Assembly (NCBI GenBank): GCA_026983515.1
Contig: JALWHT010000054.1
Coordinates: 1 to 61,492, forward strand
DNA: 61,492 bases
Reading direction: 5' to 3'
From: Sulfurovum sp.
GTDB taxonomy: Bacteria; Campylobacterota; Campylobacteria; Campylobacterales; Sulfurovaceae
The notes beneath the pieces were generated by a model that saw only the letters and a program-made list of their open reading frames with translations, did not search any database and was not told where the DNA came from. Shown one piece after another: positions 41,295-49,920 of this stretch (its first letter is position 1; each line of letters begins with the position of its first letter). A program made the position numbers and the translations under genes.

Positions 41295-43184
41295 ATGCGT
41301 AAACTGCAATGGTTCGCCTTTTTTATACTCTCCCTCTTTGTGATCTACAAGATCGTAACACTTGACCCTTCCAAAGTGCATCTTGTCGGGAGCAAAGCTA
41401 TCAATATTACTTTCAATACGGTACCGCTTTCCCAAAATGACACAGAAAAAAGCATCTTGCGTGTCACTTCCGGTGTTACCCTTCATTTCGATGATAATCG
41501 CAGTGAAAGCTATCCGCTTTTTTATCAGATGCTTGCAAAAGCAGGTCAGAAGATAGGTGACGGGGTATTCGGAATGATTACCGATGCAAAGGGAAAACCG
41601 ATGTTGGATGCCAATGGCAAGCCCCGTCTTTCCGTGCAGCCTGACGGTACGTCACTGCTGAAAGCAGGAAGAGACTTCCGGCTCTTGACGCATATGGAAG
41701 AAGCACCGGGTATGGTGTACGATACAACCCTAAAGCTTACGGAGCAAAAACGGCTTCAGGCAGTGAAGACCAAACCGGTTGATATGCGTCCTGTAAACGG
41801 TACTATCATTGACTGTGCCGCTTCAAAGACCGACTACGGCACACACCTTGGCGGAGAAGAAGACTATGCGATGAACAGCCGTTATGGTGATGTGTTGTCA
41901 CCTTTTTATGTCAGCTGCCGGCTTGACGGTACTTTCAAAGATGAGAAAGGAAGATTCAGCTATTTTTGTGCCTATGTTGAAAATATGGCTGCCTGGCTGG
42001 GTGACAACAGTATTGACAAAGTGAAAGGTTACAACGGAAAAGTGTTCACCCCTTACAATTATGGGCACATTGTTGAAATTGCACCAAAATCCCTTGGCAG
42101 GGCGGAGGTTGTCAAGCACTTTGTCCTGGGGCGGTATACGCCGGAACTGGCAGTCATGATGCCCGATCATCGAACACTCTACATGAGTGATGACGGCAAC
42201 TTTAAAGGCTTTTACAAGTTTGTACTTGACAAGGCAGTGACAACTTTTACGCCTGAATGGGAAGGCACACTGTATGCAGCGAAGTTGACCCAAAAAAATG
42301 CCAAAAACGGTGGAAGCTTTGCTGTACAGTGGCGGGAGCTCGGGCATGCAAAAGACAGTGAAATTGATGCTATGGTCAAACAGAAAATGAGACTGAACGA
42401 TATGTTTGAGATTGCCAAGCCCAATGCAGACTACCGGTGTCCTGAAGGTTACCGCAAGGTCAACGAAGATGATGCCACGGAATGTTTACGCCTCAAATCG
42501 GGAATGCACAAGGCAGCCGCCTTTCTTGAAACACGAAAATATGCTGCGTATCTCGGTGCGACGATGGAGTTTCGCAAGGGTGAGGGGATCACATTCGACC
42601 CTGTCCGTCGCACGTTGTTCCTTTCTCTTTCCTCCATTGACAAGAGTATGACTGATGATTACGAGGGCATAGAAGTCAATAACGATATTCGTCTGAATGA
42701 AAACTTCTGCGGCGGGGTTTATGCCTTTGCACTGGATGACAACTACAGTGCTGTTTCAATGAAAGCACTGCTGACGGGTACACCTCTTGATGATGAGAGC
42801 CCTTATGCGGCACATTACCGATGTGATCCGAAAAAGATCGCCAACCCTGATAATATTCTTTACCTTGGAAATGGCGTACTTATCATAGGAGAGGACGGCC
42901 CAAACCATGTCAACAATATGCTTTGGGCATATGATATGAACAGTAAAAAATTAATGCGTATTGCATCCCTCCCCATAGGGGCGGAAGTGACGGGGTTGGA
43001 TAAGGCTATCGTTGCAGGTGAGGGGGTATTGGTCTTTAATATACAGCACCCCTTTGCCGATACGCCCAAAAATGTGGATGAAGAGACTCCGGATGAAGCA
43101 CTCATTGGCAATGCCTCCCCTGAACAGAAGCGGGCACAGGTCGGATATATCGGTGGACTGCCGGCGGGACTGCTGAAAAATTAG
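41295..43184 (+). CDS. phoX: PhoX-family alkaline phosphatase
   Basis: GGEED, LGRYTPE, YMSDD, GTLYAAK, NPDN, GAEVTG, NIQHP. Confidence 0.85.
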   Translation: MRKLQWFAFFILSLFVIYKIVTLDPSKVHLVGSKAINITFNTVPLSQNDTEKSILRVTSGVTLHFDDNRSESYPLFYQMLAKAGQKIGDGVFGMITDAKGKPMLDANGKPRLSVQPDGTSLLKAGRDFRLLTHMEEAPGMVYDTTLKLTEQKRLQAVKTKPVDMRPVNGTIIDCAASKTDYGTHLGGEEDYAMNSRYGDVLSPFYVSCRLDGTFKDEKGRFSYFCAYVENMAAWLGDNSIDKVKGYNGKVFTPYNYGHIVEIAPKSLGRAEVVKHFVLGRYTPELAVMMPDHRTLYMSDDGNFKGFYKFVLDKAVTTFTPEWEGTLYAAKLTQKNAKNGGSFAVQWRELGHAKDSEIDAMVKQKMRLNDMFEIAKPNADYRCPEGYRKVNEDDATECLRLKSGMHKAAAFLETRKYAAYLGATMEFRKGEGITFDPVRRTLFLSLSSIDKSMTDDYEGIEVNNDIRLNENFCGGVYAFALDDNYSAVSMKALLTGTPLDDESPYAAHYRCDPKKIANPDNILYLGNGVLIIGEDGPNHVNNMLWAYDMNSKKLMRIASLPIGAEVTGLDKAIVAGEGVLVFNIQHPFADTPKNVDEETPDEALIGNASPEQKRAQVGYIGGLPAGLLKN

Positions 43185-43197
43185 GTATAATCGTATC

Positions 43198-43881
43198 ATG
43201 GAAAAAGCGATTGAGATCATTGTGATTGAGGATGAAGAGGATATTTTGGAACTGGTAGAGTATCATCTCCAAAAAGAGGGATACCATGTGACAGGTTTTC
43301 TCTCCACTGAACATGTCGAGCAGTTTCTTGAAGAGGAAACCCCCTCATTGATGATTGTTGACAGAAACCTTCCGGGGATGGAGGGGAGTGCATTTGTTGC
43401 CTACCTGCGTGAAACAGGGTATGACATTCCGGTAATCTTTCTTACTGCCAAAGACAAAGAAAAAGACCTTGAAGACGGGTTTGAAGCAGGCGGTGATGAC
43501 TATATGACCAAGCCGTTCAGTCCCAAAGAACTGATGCTTCGTGTCAAGGCGCTGCTGAAACGCTCAGGAGCATTGCAAAACCGTCCTAAACTCAAATACA
43601 AAACATTGACACTGGATCTTTTTACCAAAACAGTGCATACGGAAGAAGAAGAATTGGCGCTGACCAATCTTGAGTTCAAGCTGCTGCACACATTTATGCA
43701 ACACATTGACAAGCCTTTGACACGTGACTATCTGCGTGATGAGGTGTGGGGTGCTGAGGGAGAAGGCGTGAACGACAATGCTGTCAATGTCGCGATCAAC
43801 CGTCTTAAAAACAAAATCGATCCCCAAAACCGCCATAACTACTTTCATCCGGTTTGGGGTGTAGGGTATAAATTTGTCTGA
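43198..43881 (+). CDS. Second OmpR/PhoB-family response regulator (paralog of 36170-36853)
   Basis: Near-identical receiver N-terminus (ILELVEYHLQK, VDRNLP), VWGVGY. Confidence 0.93.
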   Translation: MEKAIEIIVIEDEEDILELVEYHLQKEGYHVTGFLSTEHVEQFLEEETPSLMIVDRNLPGMEGSAFVAYLRETGYDIPVIFLTAKDKEKDLEDGFEAGGDDYMTKPFSPKELMLRVKALLKRSGALQNRPKLKYKTLTLDLFTKTVHTEEEELALTNLEFKLLHTFMQHIDKPLTRDYLRDEVWGAEGEGVNDNAVNVAINRLKNKIDPQNRHNYFHPVWGVGYKFV

Positions 43882-43938
43882 AAATGACAATATGACATAT
43901 TTTTACAGGCTGTATGCCAAAGGCGGTACACTTTCCCT

Positions 43939-45720
43939 ATGAAAAAACATGAACTGCTGCAAACCTATTTTGGACATAAAACCTTCCGTCCGCTGCAAGA
44001 AGAGGTGATTGATGCCATCCTCTCCCGTGAAGATGTACTGATGATCCTGCCTACTGGGGGTGGAAAGTCACTCTGTTACCAGTTGCCGACACTGATGATG
44101 GAGGGAGTGACAGTCGTTGTTTCCCCGCTGCTTGCTCTGATGCACGATCAGGTTACCGCGCTTAAAGCCAACGGTATAGAGGCGGCGATGCTCTCTTCCA
44201 TGCAGACGATGGAAGAGAGCCGTGACATTGAACAGCAGTTGCGACAGGGGAGCATCCGGCTGCTTTATGTGGCACCTGAACGTTTGACAAATCCCTATTT
44301 CCTAAGCCTTTTGCGTACCCTGCCGCTAAACTTTTTTGTGATTGACGAAGCACACTGTGTGAGTGAGTGGGGACATGAGTTTCGTGAGAATTACCGGCAG
44401 CTTTCTTTACTCAAGAGGGAGTTTCCCGGTGTACCCATTGCTGCATTTACCGCAACGGCAACCAAAACGGTCGAAGCAGACATTGCCGCAAACCTTGGAC
44501 TTGTTACGCCCAAACGTGTGCGGGGTTCACTCTTTAGAGAGAACCTGACCATACAGGCACGTCACCGCATCAAAGACGGGCGTGAACAGCTGATGGCGTT
44601 TCTGGAGGCACATAAAGGAGAGTCGGGTATCATCTACACGCTTTCAAGAAAACAGACCGAATCGGTAGCGCACTTTCTGCAAAGCAAGGGCATTGAGGCA
44701 AAGGCTTACCATGCAGGTCTTCCAACGGAAGAGAAGAATGCAACATACAAAGACTTTGTAGCAGATAGGGTACAGGTCGTTGTTGCCACCATTGCGTTTG
44801 GGATGGGAATTGACAAGAGCAATATCCGTTTTGTGGTACACATGACCATGCCAAAGACACTGGAGAACTACTATCAGGAAATAGGACGCGCCGGACGGGA
44901 CGGATTGGAGGCGGAGACACTGCTGCTTTTTTCTGCGGCGGATATTGTGCAGCAAAAGACATTTATTGAGGATCTTCCCGATACCCCCTACAAAGAGCAC
45001 GCCTTCGGAAAGCTTGACAGCATGGTGCGCTTCGCCAACTCGGAGGGGTGCCGCCACCAGAGCATCGCCGCCTATTTTGACGACCGTATCGAGGCGTGCG
45101 GTGACAAGTGTGACAACTGTATCATGCCTGATCAGGAGAGGGTTGACATCACGCAGGCGGCACGTATGATGCTCTCGGCAGTGGTGCGTACCGGACAGAA
45201 ATTCGGTATCCACTACATCGTTGACATTTTACGTGGCAGCAAGGAACAGCGCATTTTGCAAAACGGGCATGACGGACTGAGTGTGTACGGTATCGGTACC
45301 GACTACACCAAGGCGCAGTGGCTGAGCATTGCAGACAAGCTGCTGGAGCTTGGAGCGGTACAGATAGGGGAGTTCAAGGTGTACGCTTTGACGCCTTTTG
45401 GGGTAGAGGTGCTCAAAGGTGCCCATGCCATAACCATGAAAAAAGAGCGTCTTGAGGTGCGCAAAAGTGTGCCAAAACGCAAAGTGACCTACTTTGACGA
45501 CTATGATGTGGAGATGTATGACAAACTCAAGGCACTACGTACCCAGATCGCCTCGGAAAACGGCATCCCTCCTTACATTGTCTTCTCAGACAAAACCCTC
45601 AAAGACCTCAGTGCCAAAAAACCCTCTACCAAAGAGGAGATGCTGGAGGTACACGGTATCGGCGAGGTCAAATACGATCGGTACGGCGAAGCGTTTTTGG
45701 AAGTGTTGACAAGCACGTAG
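43939..45720 (+). CDS. recQ: ATP-dependent DNA helicase RecQ
   Basis: PTGGGKSLCYQ, DEAHCVSEWGH, RQC and HRDC domains. Confidence 0.97.
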   Translation: MKKHELLQTYFGHKTFRPLQEEVIDAILSREDVLMILPTGGGKSLCYQLPTLMMEGVTVVVSPLLALMHDQVTALKANGIEAAMLSSMQTMEESRDIEQQLRQGSIRLLYVAPERLTNPYFLSLLRTLPLNFFVIDEAHCVSEWGHEFRENYRQLSLLKREFPGVPIAAFTATATKTVEADIAANLGLVTPKRVRGSLFRENLTIQARHRIKDGREQLMAFLEAHKGESGIIYTLSRKQTESVAHFLQSKGIEAKAYHAGLPTEEKNATYKDFVADRVQVVVATIAFGMGIDKSNIRFVVHMTMPKTLENYYQEIGRAGRDGLEAETLLLFSAADIVQQKTFIEDLPDTPYKEHAFGKLDSMVRFANSEGCRHQSIAAYFDDRIEACGDKCDNCIMPDQERVDITQAARMMLSAVVRTGQKFGIHYIVDILRGSKEQRILQNGHDGLSVYGIGTDYTKAQWLSIADKLLELGAVQIGEFKVYALTPFGVEVLKGAHAITMKKERLEVRKSVPKRKVTYFDDYDVEMYDKLKALRTQIASENGIPPYIVFSDKTLKDLSAKKPSTKEEMLEVHGIGEVKYDRYGEAFLEVLTST

Positions 45721-45844
45721 GGTGTTGTTCCCCGACAACACCTTTGATGTTGGCTACCTAATATATGACAATATATATGACAATGCTTGTTAGACCGTTG
45801 TTACTGTTTGGAGTATCGGTGTTGTCGGAGGGACAACACCCTAC
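45717..45844. repeat. REPIN-like inverted pair of GTAG REPs
   Basis: GTAGGGTGTTGTTCCCCGACAACACC (+, 45717-45742) and GTAGGGTGTTGTCCCTCCGACAACACC (-, 45818-45844). Confidence 0.85.
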
Positions 45845-46245
45845 GGTCTTTTGGTAAATGATGAGTATTGCCAATCTTCCCATCTGTCAACATAGGCATG
45901 TTTGACAGCATTTTGTTGTATGTAGTGCATCTTTTCAAGCCAATCTTTTTCATCTCGTATCGTGTGTTCATAAAACCGTTTTTACCAGATGCCTGAGAGT
46001 TTGCGGTTGTAGCTTGAAGTGCTTAAGTGAAGTTTAGCTTTTGTTTTGAGAGATTTATCAAGTCCGTAAACAAAGCTGCGTTTGATGTGGGCGATGATTT
46101 TGGAATACTCCTCGGGATGTTTTGGTGCAATGATCATGTGCAGATGATCGGGTAAAATGATAATAGCATCTATACGGTAATCATACCGTTGCATGCTCCG
46201 CATGAAGCTGTACCCGGCAAGATATACACGTTTGTAATTTGGCAT
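45841..46245 (-). pseudogene. REP-associated tyrosine transposase (RAYT/TnpA-REP) pseudogene
   Basis: MPNYKR, HUH motif LPDHLH, then GIW*KRFYEHTIRDEKD...YIQQNAVKH...WQYSS in frame after a TAA at 45982; the segment after GYSF also looks deleted. Confidence 0.88.
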
Positions 46246-46319
46246 ATACAATCATATCATTTACAAAGATGTGAGATGAAAAATGTGGCAAATTGTTATA
46301 TTTTCTATGAAACATCGGT

Positions 46320-46345
46320 GTAGGGTGTTGTGCCCTCACAACACC
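46320..46345 (+). repeat. GTAG REP
   Basis: GTAG-GGTGTTGTG-CCCT-CACAACACC, perfect stem. Confidence 0.85.
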
Positions 46346-46388
46346 ACAAATTTGGCTATAATTATTGCATCAATGACAAGGGGAATGT

Positions 46389-48329
46389 ATGGAGTTGGTC
46401 TATTTGTGGGTGAAGGAGTATAAAAACATTCATAAACAGGGGTTTAATTTTTCACCTCGGTTTCATTGTGAGTATGACCCTGATACAAATGAGCTGACCA
46501 TTGATGAGAACAAGGATTATATCCCTGATTTTTTTGGTGAAAATATCAATGTGACGGCTATTGTTGGGAAGAATGGGAGTGGGAAGAGTAGTGTTTTAGA
46601 ATTACTTCTTATTCTAGCTTTTAAAGCAAAAGATTATATTTTTGATAATCAGTATGGTCTATGGTGTATTGTATTTGATAGAAAAATATCAAAATTTGGT
46701 ATTTTAACTTTTTCGGAATCTAATTTTAGTTTTTCAAAGATTAATACACTGTGTAATATTAATATTGAAGACAGATACATCAAACAAGTTAGTGGAACAA
46801 GTTTTTTTACAATTCATTATAATCTTTCTTTTGAGCAGTATAGTAGCAGTTTTGTGAATTTAATTAGTAGGTATTTACAAACTTATCATGGAAGTCTTTA
46901 TGATTTTGATTCAAAATCTCTGAATACAAGTAATGCATTCTCTTTTCCAAATAAAAAATATAATAAAATAGATTTAGATAAAATGGACAATGTAGCTGTG
47001 TTATTAATGTTTAGAACACTAAATGCAAATAATAAGATAAGAGAGTATTTCAATAATTTATTTAAAAATAATAAATTAAATTTTATTCCTTCTTCTGTTA
47101 CTGTACAATTAGACAAAGATAATTTAAAACAAGTATTTGGAAATGCTTCAATAGCAGAGAATACAGTCAGTAAAGTAAAAGATTTAAGATTAGAAAATCT
47201 CTATATTCTTTTTATAAATATAATTATGTCTTATTGGAATATAGATACAACACCAAAAAATCTTCAACACTACTTTTTAGATGATGCATCACCAATATTG
47301 AGTTTTATAAGATATAAATATGATGAATTATTACGAAAGTATACAAGAGTAACGATAGGAGAACTTGTTGAGGCTGTAAATGATGATATGATTAATTTGG
47401 TAGCTATATTTAAAGATAGTACCTTATTAAAGCAATTAAAACAATCAGAATCTTTAAATACTTCTGTTTATAATCTTGCAGAACTTATTGACTCTATTCG
47501 TTTAAATAAATATGATAATGATGTATTTATGAATTCTATTACAAATAGTGATATTATTTTGCATACTCTACCTTATTTGCCTGAGTTTGTACAGGTAGAT
47601 GTTAAGAGTACGTATAATGTAAAATTTTCTGATTTTAGTCGTGGAGAAAAACATATTATTACATTTATATATTCTCTTATTTATTATTTTCCTTACTATG
47701 ATAGAAATACATCAGTAAATGTAATAAATATACTGATTGATGAGATAGAAAGTGGATTAAATCCTTTTTGGCAGCAAAAAATAGTAACAATAGTTCATAA
47801 AATAATTTCTTTTCTTGAGTTAAATAATATAATGATCAATATTGTTGTTACAACTCACTCTCCTTTTCTCCTATCCGATATCCCAAAACAAAATATTATA
47901 TTTTTAAATACATATAAAGAGGACGATAAAGAAGTTCAAAATGAGGAACAGAAAGCAGGAAACTGTAAAGTAGTTGATGGACTACATGACAAACAGGAGA
48001 CTTTCGGACAAAACATCCACACACTTTTGAGTGACAGTTTCTTTATGGAAGATGGGCTTATGGGGGAGTTTGCGAAAAGTAAAATCAATGAAATTATACG
48101 ATTTCACAATATCACTAAGAAAAATAAACACAAAACTTGTTTGAAAAAAATATACGACAAAAGAGAAGAGAAGTTTAGGCAGATACAGTCGATTGTTGGT
48201 GATCCATATTTGCAACAGGTCTTGGAAAATCATCTTTTGGAAATAGACAAATTTTTTGACAAAAAAGTTGCCAAAGCAAAACTCAAGGCACGGTTAGAAA
48301 AACAGTTGGCAGAGCTTGAAGATGATTAG
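46389..48329 (+). CDS. ABC/AAA_21 ATPase, Septu PtuA-like
   Basis: Walker A GKNGSGKS, signature FSRGEK, Walker B ILIDEIE, TTHSP, TFGQNIH; very AT-rich. Confidence 0.8.
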   Translation: MELVYLWVKEYKNIHKQGFNFSPRFHCEYDPDTNELTIDENKDYIPDFFGENINVTAIVGKNGSGKSSVLELLLILAFKAKDYIFDNQYGLWCIVFDRKISKFGILTFSESNFSFSKINTLCNINIEDRYIKQVSGTSFFTIHYNLSFEQYSSSFVNLISRYLQTYHGSLYDFDSKSLNTSNAFSFPNKKYNKIDLDKMDNVAVLLMFRTLNANNKIREYFNNLFKNNKLNFIPSSVTVQLDKDNLKQVFGNASIAENTVSKVKDLRLENLYILFINIIMSYWNIDTTPKNLQHYFLDDASPILSFIRYKYDELLRKYTRVTIGELVEAVNDDMINLVAIFKDSTLLKQLKQSESLNTSVYNLAELIDSIRLNKYDNDVFMNSITNSDIILHTLPYLPEFVQVDVKSTYNVKFSDFSRGEKHIITFIYSLIYYFPYYDRNTSVNVINILIDEIESGLNPFWQQKIVTIVHKIISFLELNNIMINIVVTTHSPFLLSDIPKQNIIFLNTYKEDDKEVQNEEQKAGNCKVVDGLHDKQETFGQNIHTLLSDSFFMEDGLMGEFAKSKINEIIRFHNITKKNKHKTCLKKIYDKREEKFRQIQSIVGDPYLQQVLENHLLEIDKFFDKKVAKAKLKARLEKQLAELEDD

Positions 48330-49194
48330 AGTGACAGACTATCACAAAATAGAAGCGTTGTACTATGATGACCTTGCTCAGCGTATATATAAACACCATG
48401 AATACAAAACACTTGAAAAAATATATCAAGAACGTTTTGAGGAGCAGTTGGGATGTGATCTGCGAACTTTGCTATGTTCTCCATTTGATAAACTGCTGGA
48501 TATAACGTTACCAGAAGAAATCAGGGAGGAGATTGCGGAGATATTTGACTATCAAAACAAATATCAAAAATATATCTCAGATATTTTTAAACAGTATATT
48601 GAGATTCATACCTGTTTCTACTGTAACATCGACTTTGTCAATGTATTTAAATCTACCAGTAAGCACTTTAAGAGCGGGTATACGCTTGATCATGTCAAAA
48701 ATAAAAGTGAGTATCCTCATTTGGCATTGAGTCTTTATAATTTTGTGCCCGCATGCTACATCTGTAACTCGAAATTAAAAAAGGAAGAAGATATAGGTGA
48801 TGTATCTCCCACATCATCTACTTTTGATTTTGACAAAAAAGTAACCTTCAAAACCTTCATACAAAATGACAATTTGCAAATAAAAGAGCCAAAAGATTTT
48901 GACCTTTTGTTGGAAGAGGATTTTACAGATGTGTATCAAAAATATATAGATGTGTTTGAATTGGACGGACGCTATGAATACCACAAATACAAAGTGATAG
49001 AAATGATAAACAAACGCAAAGCCTATCCGGACAGTCGCATCAAAGAGTTGGCGGCATTGACACAGAAGACCCATGAGGAAGTGAAACAAGATCTGTTTGG
49101 GACGTATTTGTATGATGCGGATGATCTACACAAACGCCCGTTGTCAAAGTTGACAAGAGATATTGCAAAAGAGTTGGGGTTGATTGATGAGTAG
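48322..49194 (+). CDS. HNH endonuclease, Septu PtuB-like
   Basis: CFYCN...LDHVKNKSEYPHLALSLYNFVPACYICN; overlaps the ATPase stop. Confidence 0.8.
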   Translation: MIRVTDYHKIEALYYDDLAQRIYKHHEYKTLEKIYQERFEEQLGCDLRTLLCSPFDKLLDITLPEEIREEIAEIFDYQNKYQKYISDIFKQYIEIHTCFYCNIDFVNVFKSTSKHFKSGYTLDHVKNKSEYPHLALSLYNFVPACYICNSKLKKEEDIGDVSPTSSTFDFDKKVTFKTFIQNDNLQIKEPKDFDLLLEEDFTDVYQKYIDVFELDGRYEYHKYKVIEMINKRKAYPDSRIKELAALTQKTHEEVKQDLFGTYLYDADDLHKRPLSKLTRDIAKELGLIDE

Positions 49195-49222
49195 ATGGTG
49201 TAATGTGTCCGTTTGGGGTGTT

Positions 49223-49247
49223 GGTGTTGTCGGGGACGACCCCCTAC
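49223..49247 (-). repeat. GTAG REP (degenerate)
   Basis: Minus strand GTAGGGGGTCGTCCCCGACAACACC. Confidence 0.75.
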
Positions 49248-49264
49248 GCTACAGGTGATCTTCT

Positions 49265-49315
49265 GTAGGGTATTGTGCACCACAGGCACTTCCTTTGGTC
49301 GCTCTCACAACATCG
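49265..49315 (+). repeat. Extended GTAG REP with an inserted loop module
   Basis: GTAGGGTATTGTG-CACCACAGGCACTTCCTTTGGTCG-CTCTCACAACATCG. Confidence 0.75.
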
Positions 49316-49353
49316 TAATTATGCATACAAAACAACAATAATACGGAGATAAA

Positions 49354-49920
49354 ATGACAAAAGATAATAGACCCCTCTGTGGCATAGATGAAGCAGGAAG
49401 AGGACCATTGGCCGGTTCGCTTGTCATGGCCGGAGTGGTGTTGACAGAAGATATTGACGGGTTGATGGACTCCAAGCAGTTGAGCGAAAAAAAGCGGGAG
49501 ATCTTTTTTGAGAAGATTGTTGCTACAGCACGGTACCATATTGTTTCGTTTCGTGCCGAGGAGATCGATGGAGAGGGGATATCGAAATGTTTGGCAAAAG
49601 GACTGCGTGCCATTCAGAAAGCGCTGCCGGGGTGCCGCTATCTTTTTGACGGCAACAGCCGGTTTGGGGTTGACAACCTGGAAACACTTGTCAAAGCCGA
49701 TGTAATTGTGGCGGAAGTGAGTGCTGCGAGTATTCTGGCAAAGGTGACACGTGACCGGGAAATGGTGAGGCTGTCTGAAGTGTATCCGGAATATGGCTTT
49801 GATAAACACAAAGGGTATGCGACAAAAGCGCATTATGCAGCGCTGATGCAGCATGGGCGTTCACCTATTCATAGAAAAAGTTTCCGTGTCAGGGGGCTTG
49901 ACGAGCCAACCCTTTTTTAG
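49354..49920 (+). CDS. rnhB: Ribonuclease HII
   Basis: GIDEAGRGPLAG, DSK, AASILAKV, HKGY, HRKSF. Confidence 0.96.
   Translation: MTKDNRPLCGIDEAGRGPLAGSLVMAGVVLTEDIDGLMDSKQLSEKKREIFFEKIVATARYHIVSFRAEEIDGEGISKCLAKGLRAIQKALPGCRYLFDGNSRFGVDNLETLVKADVIVAEVSAASILAKVTRDREMVRLSEVYPEYGFDKHKGYATKAHYAALMQHGRSPIHRKSFRVRGLDEPTLF

Noticed and set aside
46389-49194. Retron type I-A system
   Set aside because: No reverse transcriptase gene nearby and no room for msr-msd
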